Positions 24,325 to 36,546 of a stretch of 64,000 nt of DNA are shown here, one piece after another (positions within the stretch are counted from its first letter, which is position 1; every line of letters starts with the position of its first letter). The stretch spans positions 70,434,001-70,498,000 of the forward strand of contig CM059438.1 in NCBI GenBank assembly GCA_030390025.1, in the 5' to 3' direction. The notes under the pieces are model-generated. The model saw only the letters and a program-made list of their open reading frames with translations, did no database searches and was not told the DNA's origin. Source of the DNA: Squalus acanthias (taxonomy: Eukaryota). Made by a program: the position numbers and the translations under genes.

Positions 24325-24830
24325 GAACATAAGAAAAGTCAAAGACGAGAAAAACATCAGTTGGCTCGTGGAACTCTCCCTCCGGCACCCCAACTTCCCC
24401 ATGAAAGCATCCATTTGCATCTTGGATGTCGTTAATGTTCTGCTTCTGCTACCCTGCCTGGCAGAGAGCTATAAACATTTACCACCCTTTGAGTAAAGAC
24501 ATTTTTCCTAATATCTGTTTTAAATTTACTTTTCAGTTATTTAAATTTATGTCCTCTGCTCCAACTCTTATGGTTTTATTTAAAGTAATATTCTGGGTTC
24601 ACCTTATCCACGTATCCTTATCCGTGTATTTTAGATAACGTGCCGATCTCCCCTTTACGCACCCTCTTTCTAGATGGTAAAGCTTGAATCTTACCTCCTA
24701 GCTCATCCCCTTCACACTCTTACTGCTCCTCTTGGCACCCTCTCCAATGCACATTTATGCTTTTTTGGGGGTGTGGTGACCAGAAAGGAACACAACACTC
24801 CCAAGAAGGACCTTACCAGATATTGTACAG
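24325..24830 (-). mobile_element. Old CR1 3' fragment
   Basis: gaacataagaa tail. Minus strand shows CALERVPRGAVR and an RGDR-like segment of the CR1 ORF2 C-terminus. Confidence 0.55.
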
Positions 24831-25197
24831 CATGAGCATTGCCTCTGGAGTGATCTACTCTACTACCTCCCTGGACATAGAGCTGACAGGGAGCCTTGCC
24901 CACTGGCAGTGCATGTTGGAAATTTGGATGCTTGCTGCCCATGGTTTTATGACTCATACATGTCCGGATTTCTAATATTTGCTCACAGTGGGTGGGCTCT
25001 CTGTTGCCTTGTAAAATTACCCCTTACATCCCAACATTATCCCAGCTTTGCAACATTATCCCAGCCATTGTAAGTGGCAAGTTTAATATCACTGCCAGGC
25101 CCCTTTCTAAGTCTATCTTTGCTAATTCACTTACATTCATTGTATACGTTTGCTGATTTTTTTTCTCTAACATCAGACGATATTTTTAAATTTCTTA

Positions 25198-25445
25198 GGG
25201 GGAAAAATTCGGTATCAACCATTTTGGGGCGCTAACATCGGCCCGCCGCAAACTTTAGCGCTCGGCGCAAATTAGCACCGGCGACTGCGAAATTCGTCTC
25301 CAGCGCCCCTGGCAGTGGTTGGAGCGCTAAATCAAGCGCTACACACTTTTCTTAGGACGCTAACATCGGGGAACGGGGCGTTACTCAAGCTCAGGCGCTG
25401 TCAATTACCTAGTACTCAGACAGACTGGCGCCTTCCAGTATTATT
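25198..25445 (+). mobile_element. Partial MITE, GGGGGAAAAATT family (left end)
   Basis: Begins TTA|GGGGGAAAAATTCGGT. Similar to 10478-10650 (TTGGAGCGCTAAATCA). Confidence 0.6.
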
Positions 25446-25499
25446 TGAGGGAGGAATGTTGGCGAAGACATCCGGAGAACTGCTTGCTCTTCAAATAAG

Positions 25500-25690
25500 G
25501 CCTTGGGATCCACTAGGCCCATCCAAACCACTGAAACAAGGAAGCAGAGACTCCTTTTAACATCAGATTCAAAGAGCAACAGTTCTATAAATGCAGCACT
25601 CCCTCGGTACTGCCTAGGTTATGTCCTCAACCCACAACATTCTGACTTAAAGACAAGAGTGCTACCAAGTGGTACCGACTGAACCAAGCT
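25500..25690 (-). mobile_element. Degenerate DeuSINE-like fragment
   Basis: TGCAGCACTCCCTCGGTACTG, AACCCACAAC..CTGACT..GAGTGCTACC resemble the reverse complement of the 13465 SINE head. Confidence 0.5.
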
Positions 25691-26834
25691 GGAACACTTG
25701 GCTAATGGGTCTGCAGTTGCCTGGGTAAGATTTGACTCCCTATTTAAAGGTAGATACTATGATACTTTCAGAAGCTCACCAGTGGCCAATGATCCCTTCA
25801 TGAGGATAGCCAGTTCACTGCCTTATTCTTCCCTAGACTCATTGAGAACCCTAGGATATATGTATGACTTCTGATGGTAGGGTTAAGCCTGATTAAACCC
25901 AATAATTAACTGCCCATCCAATTATTTTTTCTTTTTTCTTTTCTCTTCTCATTTCAGGTGGGAGGTGGTGGGTGGCGAGACATGGTGGCTGCAGGCTGAA
26001 TTTGAGGCGGAGATTGTGGGGAAAAATTGGCCTTCACTGCTATCCCTTCCCCCAAGCAATTATGTTCCCCCCACCCTCTTGCTCCCATCATGTCCTCTGC
26101 TCCCTTGCCTTCCCACGACACATTCCCTTTTCTACCATCTGCTCAATCCATCACTAACCCCCTTCTTACCATTTGAACTACCTGCTCAACCCCTTTATCC
26201 TTCCTCCCCCTTGCATTGCTGTCATTCACCTCACCCTTAACCTTCCATCTGTGCCCCCGCTCCCACTTGCTTCCCCCAAGTGCAGGTGCTGAGAACAACG
26301 GCTACCTTGCCCTCAACCAGTGCCCCTGGTCACTATCCCTCCTGTCTCTCTTCCTGTCTGTTTCCATTAGAGGGTTTGATTGCTTTCAAAATCCAATTTT
26401 CTTCCCCTAGTCTGTGCAGTAAAATTTATACAGGAGTCAGAAAAAAAATGGAACCTCGCTTTAAGAGGGACACTGCTGCTTTAAATAGGCTTTCAGCTTG
26501 ACCCGCTGGAAATTGCGCTCCAGAAGTGGGCAGGTGGGAAACCAATCCATGAGATTTTAATGAGGCCCGGGAGTTAGAAAACCCTGGGCCTATCTTCTGG
26601 GGCAACGGGTGAGTTTCAAACTCACCCTGCTACCCACCCACCCAAAACGCGGCGGACTTAAAAATGCTTTTAATAGGAAGGGGTGTCTCATGTCCAAAAG
26701 TGACAGGTGGTCCATTGGTGGGCAGAATCGTGTGGGAAAGGCATTTGAAAGACACAATTTACATTCTGAAGTCAGGTTTTTAAGTGACGTTTTCACTGGA
26801 ATTTGTTTACAATGGTTTTGGGAGAATGGAGTGC

Positions 26835-27484
26835 TTTTTTTATTTGTTCATGGGATGTGGGGCATCGCTGGCAAGGCCAGCATTTATTGCCCATCCCTAA
26901 TTGCCCTTGAGAAGGTGGTGGTGAGCCGCCTTCTTGAACCGCTTCAGTCCGTGCGGTGAAGGTACTCCCACAGTGCTGTTAGGGAGGGAGTTCTAGGATT
27001 TTGACCCAGCAATGATGAAGGATCGGCGGTATACTTCCAAGCCAGGATGGTGTGTGACTTGGAGGGGAACTTGGAAGTGATGGTGTTCCCATACGCCTGC
27101 TGCCCTTTCCTTCTAGGTGGTAGAGCTTTCGGGTTTGGGAGGTGCTGTTGAAGCCTGGGCAAGTTGCTGCAGTATATCTTGTAGATGGTACACACTGCAG
27201 ACACGGTGCACCGGTGGTGGAGGGAGTGAATGTTTAATATGGTGGTTGGGGTGCCAATTAAGCGGGCTGCTTTGTCCTGGATGGTGTCGAGCTTCTTGAA
27301 TGTTGTTGGAGCTGCACTCATCCAGGCAAGTGGAGAGTATTCCATGACATTCCTGACATGTGCCTGTGTAGATGGTGGAAAGGCTTTGGGGAGTCAGGAG
27401 GTGAGACACTCGTCGCAAAGTACCTAGCCTCTGACCTGCTCTTGTAGCTACAGTATTTATGTGGCTGGTCCAGTTAAGTTTCTG
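26835..27484 (-). mobile_element. 3' fragment of the unassigned LINE family
   Basis: KLNWTSHINTVATRAGQRLG..MEYSPLAWMSAAPTTFKKLDTIQDKAA, with the same 3' stem-loop and A tail. Confidence 0.88.
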
Positions 27485-27954
27485 ATGAAAAACTAGGTCT
27501 GTGATTTTTGCAGCCAGGATAAAGGAGGCTAATTCAGCATAAATGCCAGAAGCCATCTTACTGGTACCACCCTGCTGGTATCTGACCTAAACAATTGCCA
27601 GTATAAAAGTGGCTAAAGTGAGAAAAAGTGAGTAAAGCAGGGTTTCATTGATCACACAATGGTCAAATACAAATCCTGGTGCTAAAAGGCCACTGTCTTC
27701 AGATTAAGGCACTTAGTAATTTATTTTTTATTGTTTGCGAAGAAACATGGGCCATATAGCCATTTCATTACATCAGCCTAAGTTGCAAGTGACATAATGA
27801 TGCATATCAGTTCTATTTATATCATCACAGTGCGTGTTTGCGAGCGTATGTAGAGAGGTTTCCCAGACATTTGTAAGCAAGGATGCCACATCTTTTGAAG
27901 AATTTCTTCAGTCACGGTGTGTTTTTTTTGTCAAAATGTTTTAATTCCTATCCA

Positions 27955-28320
27955 AAATGTTCCTCAGTTGGTAACTGCACTGCTGGGTACGTAGCTGAGT
28001 CATACAGATCGGGGAAATCCTAGGTTTGATCCCTGATCTCTGCTGACTTAGCTGATGTCAACCGGGGCAGCAGTTGGAGGTGCTACAATTGGCCTCAGCA
28101 CTCTGCGCCGGGGAAAGCGAAATTAAGCTCTTGATCACTGTCCAGTGTCCTCTGCAGCAAAGTGCGTGTGTGCGGATGATGGGTCAAAGGGCAGGATCAA
28201 GTCTGGTTATAATGCCCTCAGTGGTTGAAAAACCTACTAAGCTTAATGTCTCGGCTCACACATCAAGAATGGCCACTTGGGTGAGGTACTAACAGGCAAC
28301 TGGCACAAGTGGAAGCCCTT
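27955..28320 (+). mobile_element. tRNA-derived SINE (same family as 21440)
   Basis: CTCAGTTGGT A-box-like, GGTTTGATCCC B-box-like, shared body motifs. Confidence 0.65.
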
Positions 28321-28749
28321 CAAGGATAAAATGAGAGCAGAAGTGACACTTCTTTTTCAATAAGTAAATATTTTTTATCTCGCCGTGATTCAGAACAACA
28401 CTAAACTCACAAAAGCGAACATGTTAGTGTCAGTGGCACTCATTAGAACAGAATGGTTGTGCTCCCTTGAACGTTTCTGACAGCAAACTTTTTTCATATA
28501 AATAAGAACCTTTGTGGCCCACGTGATTTATAGAAACATATTAAATGTTAGGTTTGAAATGTTTCACATTAGGCTGTGGTCAACCTCCAGAGTGAGGAAG
28601 ATTCTCTGGTGATGATTTATCCTGCAGGACTCCAAACCACAGAGCTGTTCATCCAGACAGATGACTATGAACGTTGGCTGTTCTCTTTATACATAGTTTG
28701 CCTAATATTTGAGAAAAGAATTGGGGAGAGAGCCACCATGCCTGCAACA

Positions 28750-28865
28750 TGCTCACATATATCAAACATATACATACACACACATATGCATGCACACACA
28801 TGTACATACACACATATACATGCACACACATGTACACACATACACATACTTACATATATACATCT
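28750..28865. repeat. Imperfect (CA/TA)n microsatellite
   Basis: catatacatacacacacatatgcatgcacacacatgtacatacacacatatacatgcacacacatgtacacac... Confidence 0.9.
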
Positions 28866-29354
28866 CAATATTTGAGTTTAGTTGTGAAAAAATAGAATAC
28901 ACTCAGCCTTTTTTTGGGTGGTTGAGAACATAGAGAGTGAATTTCCATGGGACTTCTTCTTATCGTTCGTCATGACTTCGGCAGAAGAACCATGGAAACA
29001 CTGGACAAACGGTGTTCATGGTGCTTACACCTTTTTTCTCTGGTGTTGCCACCGCTCTTCCACCGAGGTTATGGCAGCCTCGCCACCCCCATAGTGCTTT
29101 TAAAGAAATATTTCCACAGTACCGTGCCTTAGAACACCAACCTACTCTGGCATGGGGATAGTGAGTCAAAAATCACTAGGGAGGGGACCCTGCCTGCTGT
29201 TGGCCATCTCAGTGGTCACATCAAAAGTAGTATTGGCAGAGTTCTCATTTGATTCCTATGGAACCATCTATATTAAAAAGCAATGGGGCTCAGAATGCTC
29301 ATTAACCTTGCAGCCTTCTCTGTCTATCGTATGCTCAGCCTGCTTTTCTGCAAA

Positions 29355-29492
29355 ATAGTGCCATGGGATCTTTTACATCCACCTGAGAGGGCAGACAAGG
29401 CCTCGTGTCAGCCTACACTTTGTACTCAAGTCTCTGGAGTGGGAGTTGAACTTACAACCTTCTGGCTCGGAGGCGAGAATGCTACCACTGTG
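29355..29492 (-). mobile_element. DeuSINE-like fragment
   Basis: AGTGCCATGGGATCTTTTACATCCACCTGAG..GGAGTTGAACTTACAACCTTCTG..TGCTACCACTG, i.e. the reverse complement of a tRNA-like head. Confidence 0.6.
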
Positions 29493-30264
29493 TAGTATAG
29501 TTTAGAAGTGAAGTTGCTTGAGTCGAATTTGGGCCAGTGGTGAAGAGGTAGATCTCGCACTGCCTCGACCTCACCCTCGCTGTTACACAACTGCATTTGG
29601 TACAAAGTGAAATTGAGAAAAAAAGTAGCCAGGAAATCTTTATAAACTTCATTTTGCATCTTTTTAATGCGAGCAAAGATATTCTGTCAGTTTCTTTGTC
29701 GACATTCAAATTGAACCAGAATTTGGGTGCTGGTGAATGACTTGCTCAGCCAGCTGTGAAGTTAGGTGGAGCAGCCTGGTGTCACTCTAAACAGGCACTA
29801 GTCTCAAACCAGTACCAGTAATACAACAATGGCCTTTGAATGAGGGGTTACTTTGCACGTTCAAAACAATGGAGTAACTTACAACTTTCAATGGAACTGA
29901 GCAGCTTCTAATTTCATGACACTATGATCCCAATCAGTCGCTATTTCCCCTGCAGTTTCTTCCCTAAGTTCCTAGCTTGACACGGAAATTCCATGTCACA
30001 GTTCAAAAAGAATTGGCTAAAACAAGGCATTCTGTTTATTTCATTGTGGGTGAGAACACTGCTGAATAACCCATGGATGATGGCAGATTTGAACCATGAT
30101 GCTCAGACCTAATTATTCAAATTTGAATATTTTTGGTTCTTTATTTCAAAACAAAATCTGTCAAAAAATGTAGACCTAAAAATCAGGTCAAACATCTAAA
30201 AATGGACTCCAATTTTTAATACTGCTCTTGGGATTGGATTCCATCCAAGCAATAAATTATTACG

Positions 30265-30500
30265 CAGCTCTCACGCGAAGTGAGTGTCAGCACGCTATTC
30301 AACCATGGGGAACGTCACAGTTGAGCCAGATCCTGTCACCACTTTTCAGCTGGAGTTATCGGTTGCCAGTCCGCGGAGTATGAGCACTAAAGGCAATTCT
30401 AGCGTAGATCAGGCAGCTCAGCAGATACTGGGAATCAAAGCTGCCGCCTTCCTGCTTTGCATAGATCAGTGTAACATTGCACTTACCCGATAAGCTATTC
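30265..30500 (-). mobile_element. Degenerate copy of the 21440/27955 SINE family
   Basis: Reverse complement contains GAATAGCGTGCTGACACTCACT, matching GCAGCCTGCCAACACTCACT near 21700. Confidence 0.5.
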
Positions 30501-31391
30501 ATTGAGAATACAGTCAAATTCTTAACAGTTATTTTCAGAACAAGAGTATTAATTAGACAGTTTAAAAAAAAAGGTATGTTAATACAATAAAGGAATGGTT
30601 ATTCTGGACAAAATGAATATGTGTAATCTCTCTCGGTAAATGAATGAGACCATTGTGTAATTTGAATGATTCTTTTGGCTTCAGTATCCAGAAATGAAAG
30701 AGCATCTTAGAGAAGAGTTTGCCACATTATCTCAAGATATCATTACAAAGTTCCAGATTGGTCATTTTTATTGTGAAAAATAAATGCTTTTTGGCTCTCG
30801 ATCAGGTCATTTGAAGACCGTTTTGACCCATGTGGGTGGGAAGAAAGAAAGCAATATTTGTAGTGAGGAAGACTATACTATTACTTGGGAATCGTTGTGA
30901 AAGCCAAATGCAGTAAATTATTACTGATTTCCATTAAATACTATCAGGCTTGGAATCTCTGTGCAGGAGAAGAATCTTTGTTACTTTATTTCATTTAGTT
31001 TTTTTTTCCATTTGTGTCGCTCGCTGCTACCTTTTGTGAAGTGCTTTGAGCCATTTGGATGATAAGGCTCTAAAAAATTTAAAGATTTCTTTCTTTAATT
31101 TCTGCTTCCAGACTTTCTCATTCAGCTGCGAGTCTGAAGAATTGAGTTTTTTTTAATTGTTGCCATATATGTAATTAGGTAATTGTGGGACCAGAGCTGA
31201 ATTACGTGCAGCTTTCCCCTGCCACAACTTCCTAACAGTTACTGAAGAACTCTGGTAGAGCTCAATCAAATTGCTTCGGCTCAAACTGTAACATCCTCCC
31301 TGTGTGGATGAGCAAATTTGAATCATAGCTGGGATAATGGTGTGAAACTGGACACTTTAGGCTTAGGAGACCAACACTTAAACCTGAATTC

Positions 31392-31553
31392 GGGGGAAAA
31401 ATTGGGTTGGTTTGCGCCTCTCGTTAGCACCCCCGGGGCTTGGGACGCTACTGCTGAATTTACGGCGGAGGGGCGCTAACTTTTTCGGGGCGCTAAAATT
31501 AACGCCCCGACTACGTTAGCGCCTCAAAAGGGGCGCCACCCAATTTTTCCCCC
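31392..31553. mobile_element. 162-bp MITE with perfect 16-bp TIR
   Basis: GGGGGAAAAATTGGGT (31392-31407) and ACCCAATTTTTCCCCC (31538-31553). Confidence 0.85.
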
Positions 31554-31658
31554 TGAATCGATTGTACAACCTACAACATACACCTCTTCAATTTCTTGAT
31601 TGACTTAAATGAGAAGTCGCACAACACCAGGTTATAGTCCAACAGATTTATTTAAAAT

Positions 31659-31694
31659 TACAAGCTTTCGGAGCTGTCGCTCCTTCTTCAGGTA
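31659..31694 (-). ncRNA. Minimal type I hammerhead ribozyme motif in the Penelope 3' terminus
   Basis: Minus strand: TAC CTGAAGA A GGAGC GACA GCTCC GAA AGCT T GTA. Confidence 0.8.
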
Positions 31695-31923
31695 GGGTAG
31701 CTGTGAGAGAATCTCCCAGAATTCACAATATAAACACAGAAAAAATGTATTCAAATCTTTCCCTACATCAAAGACACACTAAGAGCACAGCCAAGACAAT
31801 GAGATGTGTCCCAGGGGGTCCAACGTGTCAAAACACCTGCTGGCTGCATATCCTCTCCATTTGTGTTAGGTTCTTGTGTTAGTTTTTTTTTAAAAACCTG
31901 GAAAGACCGGCCATGATGTCAAG

Positions 31924-33249
31924 TCACGTTCTGTATCGTGACATGAACCCGATATCGCGATTGAGGCCATCCTCATGAGTGCGGAACTTGGCTATCAGTT
32001 TCTGCTCTATGATTTTGCGCTGTCGTGTATCCCGAAGGCCGCCTTGGAGAACGCTTACCCGCAGATCCGAAGCTGAATGCCCCTGACTGCTGAAGTGTTC
32101 CCCGACTGGGAGGCAACCCTCCTGCCTGGCAATTGTTGCGCGGTGTCCGTTCATACGTTGTCTCAGTGTCTGCATGGTCTCGCCGATGTACCATGCTCTG
32201 GGGCATCCTTTACTGCAACGTATCAGGTAGACAACGTTGGCCGAGTCACATGAGTATGTACCATGTACCTGGTGGGTAGTGTCCTCACGTGTGATGATGG
32301 TATCTGTGTCCATGATCTGGCATGTCTTGCAGAGGTTGCCGTGGCAGGGTTGTGTGGTGTCGTGGTTGCTGTTCTCCTGAAAGATGGGTAATCTGCTGCG
32401 AACGATGGTACTTTTGAGGTTAGGCGGCTGCTTGAAGGCGAGTAGTGGAGGCGTGGGGATGGCCTTAGCAAGGTGTTCGTCGTCATCGATGACATGTTGA
32501 AGGCTGCGAAGAACATGGCGTAGTTTTTCCGCTCCGGGGAAGTACTGGACGACGTAGGGTACTCTGTTGGTTGTGTCCCGTGTTCGTCTTCTGAGGAGGT
32601 CTATGCGGTTTTTCGCTGTGGCCCGTCGGAACTGTCGATCGATGAGTCGAGCGTCATATCCCGTTCTTACGAGGGCGTCTTTCAGTGTCCGTAGGTGTCC
32701 ATCGCGTTCCTCCTCGTCTGAGCAGATCCTGTGTATTCGCAGGGCTTGTCCATAGGGGATGGCTTCTTTAACGTGGTTAGGGTGGAAGCTGGAGAAGTGG
32801 AGCATCGTGAGGTTGTCCGTGGGCTTGCGGTAGAGTGAAGTGCTGAGGCGTCCGTCTTTGATGGAGATTCGTGTGTCCAAGAATGAAACCGATTCTGTGG
32901 CGTAGTCCATGGTGAGTTTGATGGTGGGATGGAACCTGTTGATGCTATCGTGTAGTCCTTTCAGTGATCCTTCGCCGTGGGTCCAAAGGAAGAAGATGTC
33001 GTCGATGTATCTGGTGTACAGCGTTGGTTGGAGGTCCTGTGCAGCGAAGAAGTCTTGCTCGAACTTGTGCATGAAGATGTTGGCGTATTGGGGTGCGAAT
33101 TTGGTCCCCATGGCTGTTCCGTGTGTTTGGGTAAAAAAATGGTTGTCGAAGGTGAAGACATTGTGGTCAAGGATGAAGCGGATGAGTTGTAGGATGGCGT
33201 CCGGAGATTGGCTGTTGTTGGTGTTGGTGTTGGTGTTGGTGTTGAGTAC
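31924..33249 (-). pseudogene. Penelope RT/GIY-YIG ORF, 5'-truncated but uninterrupted
   Basis: GTAMGTKFAP, RYIDDIF, FLD, LYRKPT, NVVYLIRC..WYIGET..RMNGH..GEHF..HEDGLN. The N-terminal 35 aa of the track ORF come from flanking DNA. Confidence 0.92.
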
Positions 33250-33389
33250 TATTGACTTAGTGAGAGAAAAGAGCCTCTTAGAGCCAAGGCCAAAAGCTGG
33301 TGTCGACAATGTTGATAACATGGCACTGAAGAAAGCTGAGCCTGAAATACACAATGGTTATTTAATCCTGGTGCACCAGGGCAAGGAAA

Positions 33390-33460
33390 GAACATAAGAA
33401 ATAGGAACATAAGAAATAAGAACAGGAGTAGGCCATGCAGCCCCTCGAGCCTGCTCCACA
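33390..33460 (-). mobile_element. CR1 3'UTR-only fragment
   Basis: aacataagaaataggaacataagaaataagaacaggagtaggccatgcagcccctcgagcctgctcca matches 2171-2230. Confidence 0.75.
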
Positions 33461-33780
33461 AAGACAGCCTTCAGATAACTTAGTGCTTAATTATTTCCAC
33501 TTGGAAAATGTGATGCAAGGTATAGGTACAGTAAAAGACCATCTATAGCCAGCTGTCAAGAATCAAATTGGCACTCATTCCAAAATGTTTCAAGGGGACA
33601 TGAAAGGTGCTCAAACTAGAAACTGGATAGAAAAGTATTGGAAAATGGCATTGTGATAGGCGTGAGCTAGGGAATCAGAAGCAAAAATGTGTAAATGAGT
33701 ATTAGCAACATATGCTAGAAGAAAACATTCAGATGAGAGGTCTTTGTCCAGTTTTGATCTGTGAGAAACTCTACACTGCT

Positions 33781-34433
33781 TTTTTTTAAATTTGTTCCTG
33801 GGATGTGGGCGTCACTGGCAAGGCCAGCATTTATTGCCCATCCCTAATTGCCTTTGAGAAGGTGGTGGTGAGCCGCCTTCTTGAACCGCTGCAGTCTTTG
33901 TGGTGAAGGTATTCCCACAGTGCTGTTCGGGAGGGAGCTCCAGGATTTTGACCCAGCGACGATGAAGGAACGGCGATATATTTCCAAGTCAGGATGGTGT
34001 GTAACTTGGAGGGGAACTTGCAGGTGAGGGTGATCCCATGCGCCTGCTGCCTCTGTCCTTCTAGGTGGTGGAGGTCGTGGGTTTGGGAGATGCTGCCAAA
34101 GAAGCCTTGGCGAGTTGCTGCAGTGCATCTTGTAGATGGTACACACTGCAGCCACAGTGCACCGGTGGTGCAGGGAGTGAATGTTTAATGTGGTGATTGG
34201 GGTGCCAATCAAGTGGGCTGCTTTGTCCTGGATGGTATCGAGCTTCTTGAATGTTGTTGGAGCTGCACTCATCCAGGCAAGTGGAGAGTATTCCATCACA
34301 CTCCTGACTTGTGCCTTGTAGATGGTGGAAAGGCTTTGGGGAGTCAGGAGGTGAGACACTCCCCGCAGAATACCTAGCCTCTGACCTGCTCTTGTAGCCA
34401 CAGTATTTATGTGGCTGGTCCAGTTAATTTCTG
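33781..34433 (-). mobile_element. 3' fragment of the unassigned LINE family
   Basis: ORF 33844-34401: ATRAGQRLGILR..IYKAQVRSVMEYSPLAW..FKKAAHHHLLKGN. Possible TSD CTGCT (33776-33780 / 34431-34435). Confidence 0.88.
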
Positions 34434-34445
34434 CTGTGACATGTT

Positions 34446-34617
34446 AGCCCTGATTTTATCCTAAACCACCAAGTGGGAATGGGGGAAGTTCGGACCAGAC
34501 ACCCGATTTTACACTACACTGACTTCAACGAAGCGTAAAATCGGGCGGGACGTAAATAGCTAACTCAACACATACCCACCCTGTTCCCGCTGGCCGGCAT
34601 AGGTTAAAATTGGGGCT
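34446..34617. mobile_element. Short MITE
   Basis: AGCCCTGATTTTA ... TAAAATTGGGGCT, an imperfect 13-bp TIR. Confidence 0.6.
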
Positions 34618-36026
34618 GCTGTGAGCGACATGATTTTTCAGGAGGAAAAATCACTGGGGGAGAAATTGGTCCTTGTTACGCCCATTTTTGGGGCGGAAAC
34701 CGGTGCAAAGAGTACCAATTTCTGGGGTCAATGCTGCAGGGTCCAAGGGCACCTGTAAGACATCCGAATAAATATTGGGTCAGGCGAGTTTTCAGGCTTC
34801 CTTGACAGCCACCTAGAACAGGCGGTCGGCCCCTTACAAATGTAAGTGAGGGGCCTAACGCTAATTGGGCATCAGGCCTGCTCCTCCCAGGAATCTTCAG
34901 CAGTCACTGCAGCTAAGCAACGGCCACCAATAAAAACGTGAGTACATTTTTTTAAAGTTATGTGTAAGTGGGAGGGGCACACTCCACAGTACTCCCAAGG
35001 GCTTCTGCCAGCCTGTAATTGACCCTCCTCCTGATGGGCCATAACCAAATGTTTTCCCCACTTAGTCCATGACCTATTTGAATCTGATATTTGGCTCCGC
35101 ATCACAAAGAGATTCATAACAAAACTAGCCAAGAAATTCAAATCTTCTGCATCTGCAAGTGAAAGATCAAAGTCACAATTTTCTTCTCTGACAATTTGAC
35201 ATGTATATTTGTGCAGTGGAAGGGCAACTTTGAGGTAATTTGTTTTGTGGAATTAAGAAAATGAATACATTTTTAAATGTATTATGCAATTGAAAGATTT
35301 TATTCAGGAAGGAAGGAGAAAGGGAGTTTGGAGTAAAAAGTGGATAAATTCTGAAAGTATTAAAACTAATATTTTAAATTCAGAGTCTCTAAGTGTACTT
35401 CTGTACATAGCCATTCAGCTGAAAATTTGATAGATCCATTTTCTAAATATATGTCACATCCTCAAAAGTCAGTAAGATTACTTCTGCTCTGTTATATGCT
35501 TATTAGGAAGAGGGGAAGTTGCAGGGTGATGAGTGTGCAAAGGCTGAGATCTCTTTTGTGAAGAGGATACCCTGGTAGGGTCAAGAAAGAACTTAACTTA
35601 CAGCCTCCTTCTGGTATATAGGTTGTCAACTGGGTAGGAACAAGTCAGACCAATCAGGAAATGACCTTGATAATGTGTATATGTAGTTCAATTAATTCCA
35701 AAAGAGAGGCTTTCCTGAATGGCACCAATTATAATTTGAAGAACTCGTATCCTGCAACGTGTATTTGCTGGGCTTATTAACAGTATTAATGTGCTACAAG
35801 GAAAACATGTATTTTATGCTTTATGTTGTGCAATACACTTATTTACTCATATTCTTAACATACGATTTCAAATTGCTCTTACTATGACCACCAAAACTGT
35901 CAGAGCATTGTCCATCTCCATCACAATCCAGGATTGGAAGGACAAAATATATAACTGTACTGCTGGGTGTTTTTCACAGTTCAAATCGACACAGTTGGGG
36001 AGGATTTTTCCTGCATGTTATTCCTG

Positions 36027-36546
36027 TAAACTTGAGGTCATCCAAAACTCAGCTGTCCGTGTCCTAACTCTCACCAAGTCCCGTTCGCTCATCTCCCCTG
36101 TGCTCGCTGACTTGCATTGGCTCCCGGTTAAGCAGCGCCTCGATTTCAAAATTCTCATCCTTGTTTTCAAATCCCTCCATGGCCTCGCCCCTTCCTACCT
36201 CTGTAATCTCCTTCAGCCTTACAACCCCCCCAAGATATCTGCGCTCCTCTAATTCTGCCCTCTTGAGCATCCCTGATTATAATCGCTCAACCTTTGGTGG
36301 CCGTGCCTCCTGTTGCCTCGGCCCTAAGCTCTGGTATTCCCTGCCTAAACCTCTCCGCCTCTCTACCTCTCTTTCCTCCTTTAAGATGCTGCTTAAAACC
36401 TACCTCTTTGACCAAGCTTTTGGTCACCTGCTCTAATTTATCCTTATGTGGCTCGGTGTCAAATTTTTTGTCTTACAATACGACTGTGCAGCGCCTTGAG
36501 ACATTTTACTACGTTAAAGGTGCTATATAAATACAAGTTGTTGTTA
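36027..36546 (+). mobile_element. L2 LINE 3' fragment
   Basis: KLEVIQNSAVRVLT..SPVLADLHWLPVKQRLDFKILILVFKSLHGLAPSYL..FKMLLKTYLF; tail GCTATATAAATACAAGTTGTTGTT. Confidence 0.92.

Larger units (their letters stand above)
31608..33250 (-). mobile_element. 5'-truncated Penelope-like element with 9-bp TSD ATTGACTTA
   Basis: RT C-half + GIY-YIG nearly identical to the 57110 ORF. ATTGACTTA at 31599-31607 and 33251-33259. 3' terminus matches 60120-60210. Confidence 0.95.

Noticed and set aside
33251..33354. N-terminus of the 476-aa ORF (MCISGSAFF..) as a chimeric gene
   Set aside because: Lies outside the TSD and starts at a non-ATG codon; a chance open frame in flanking DNA.
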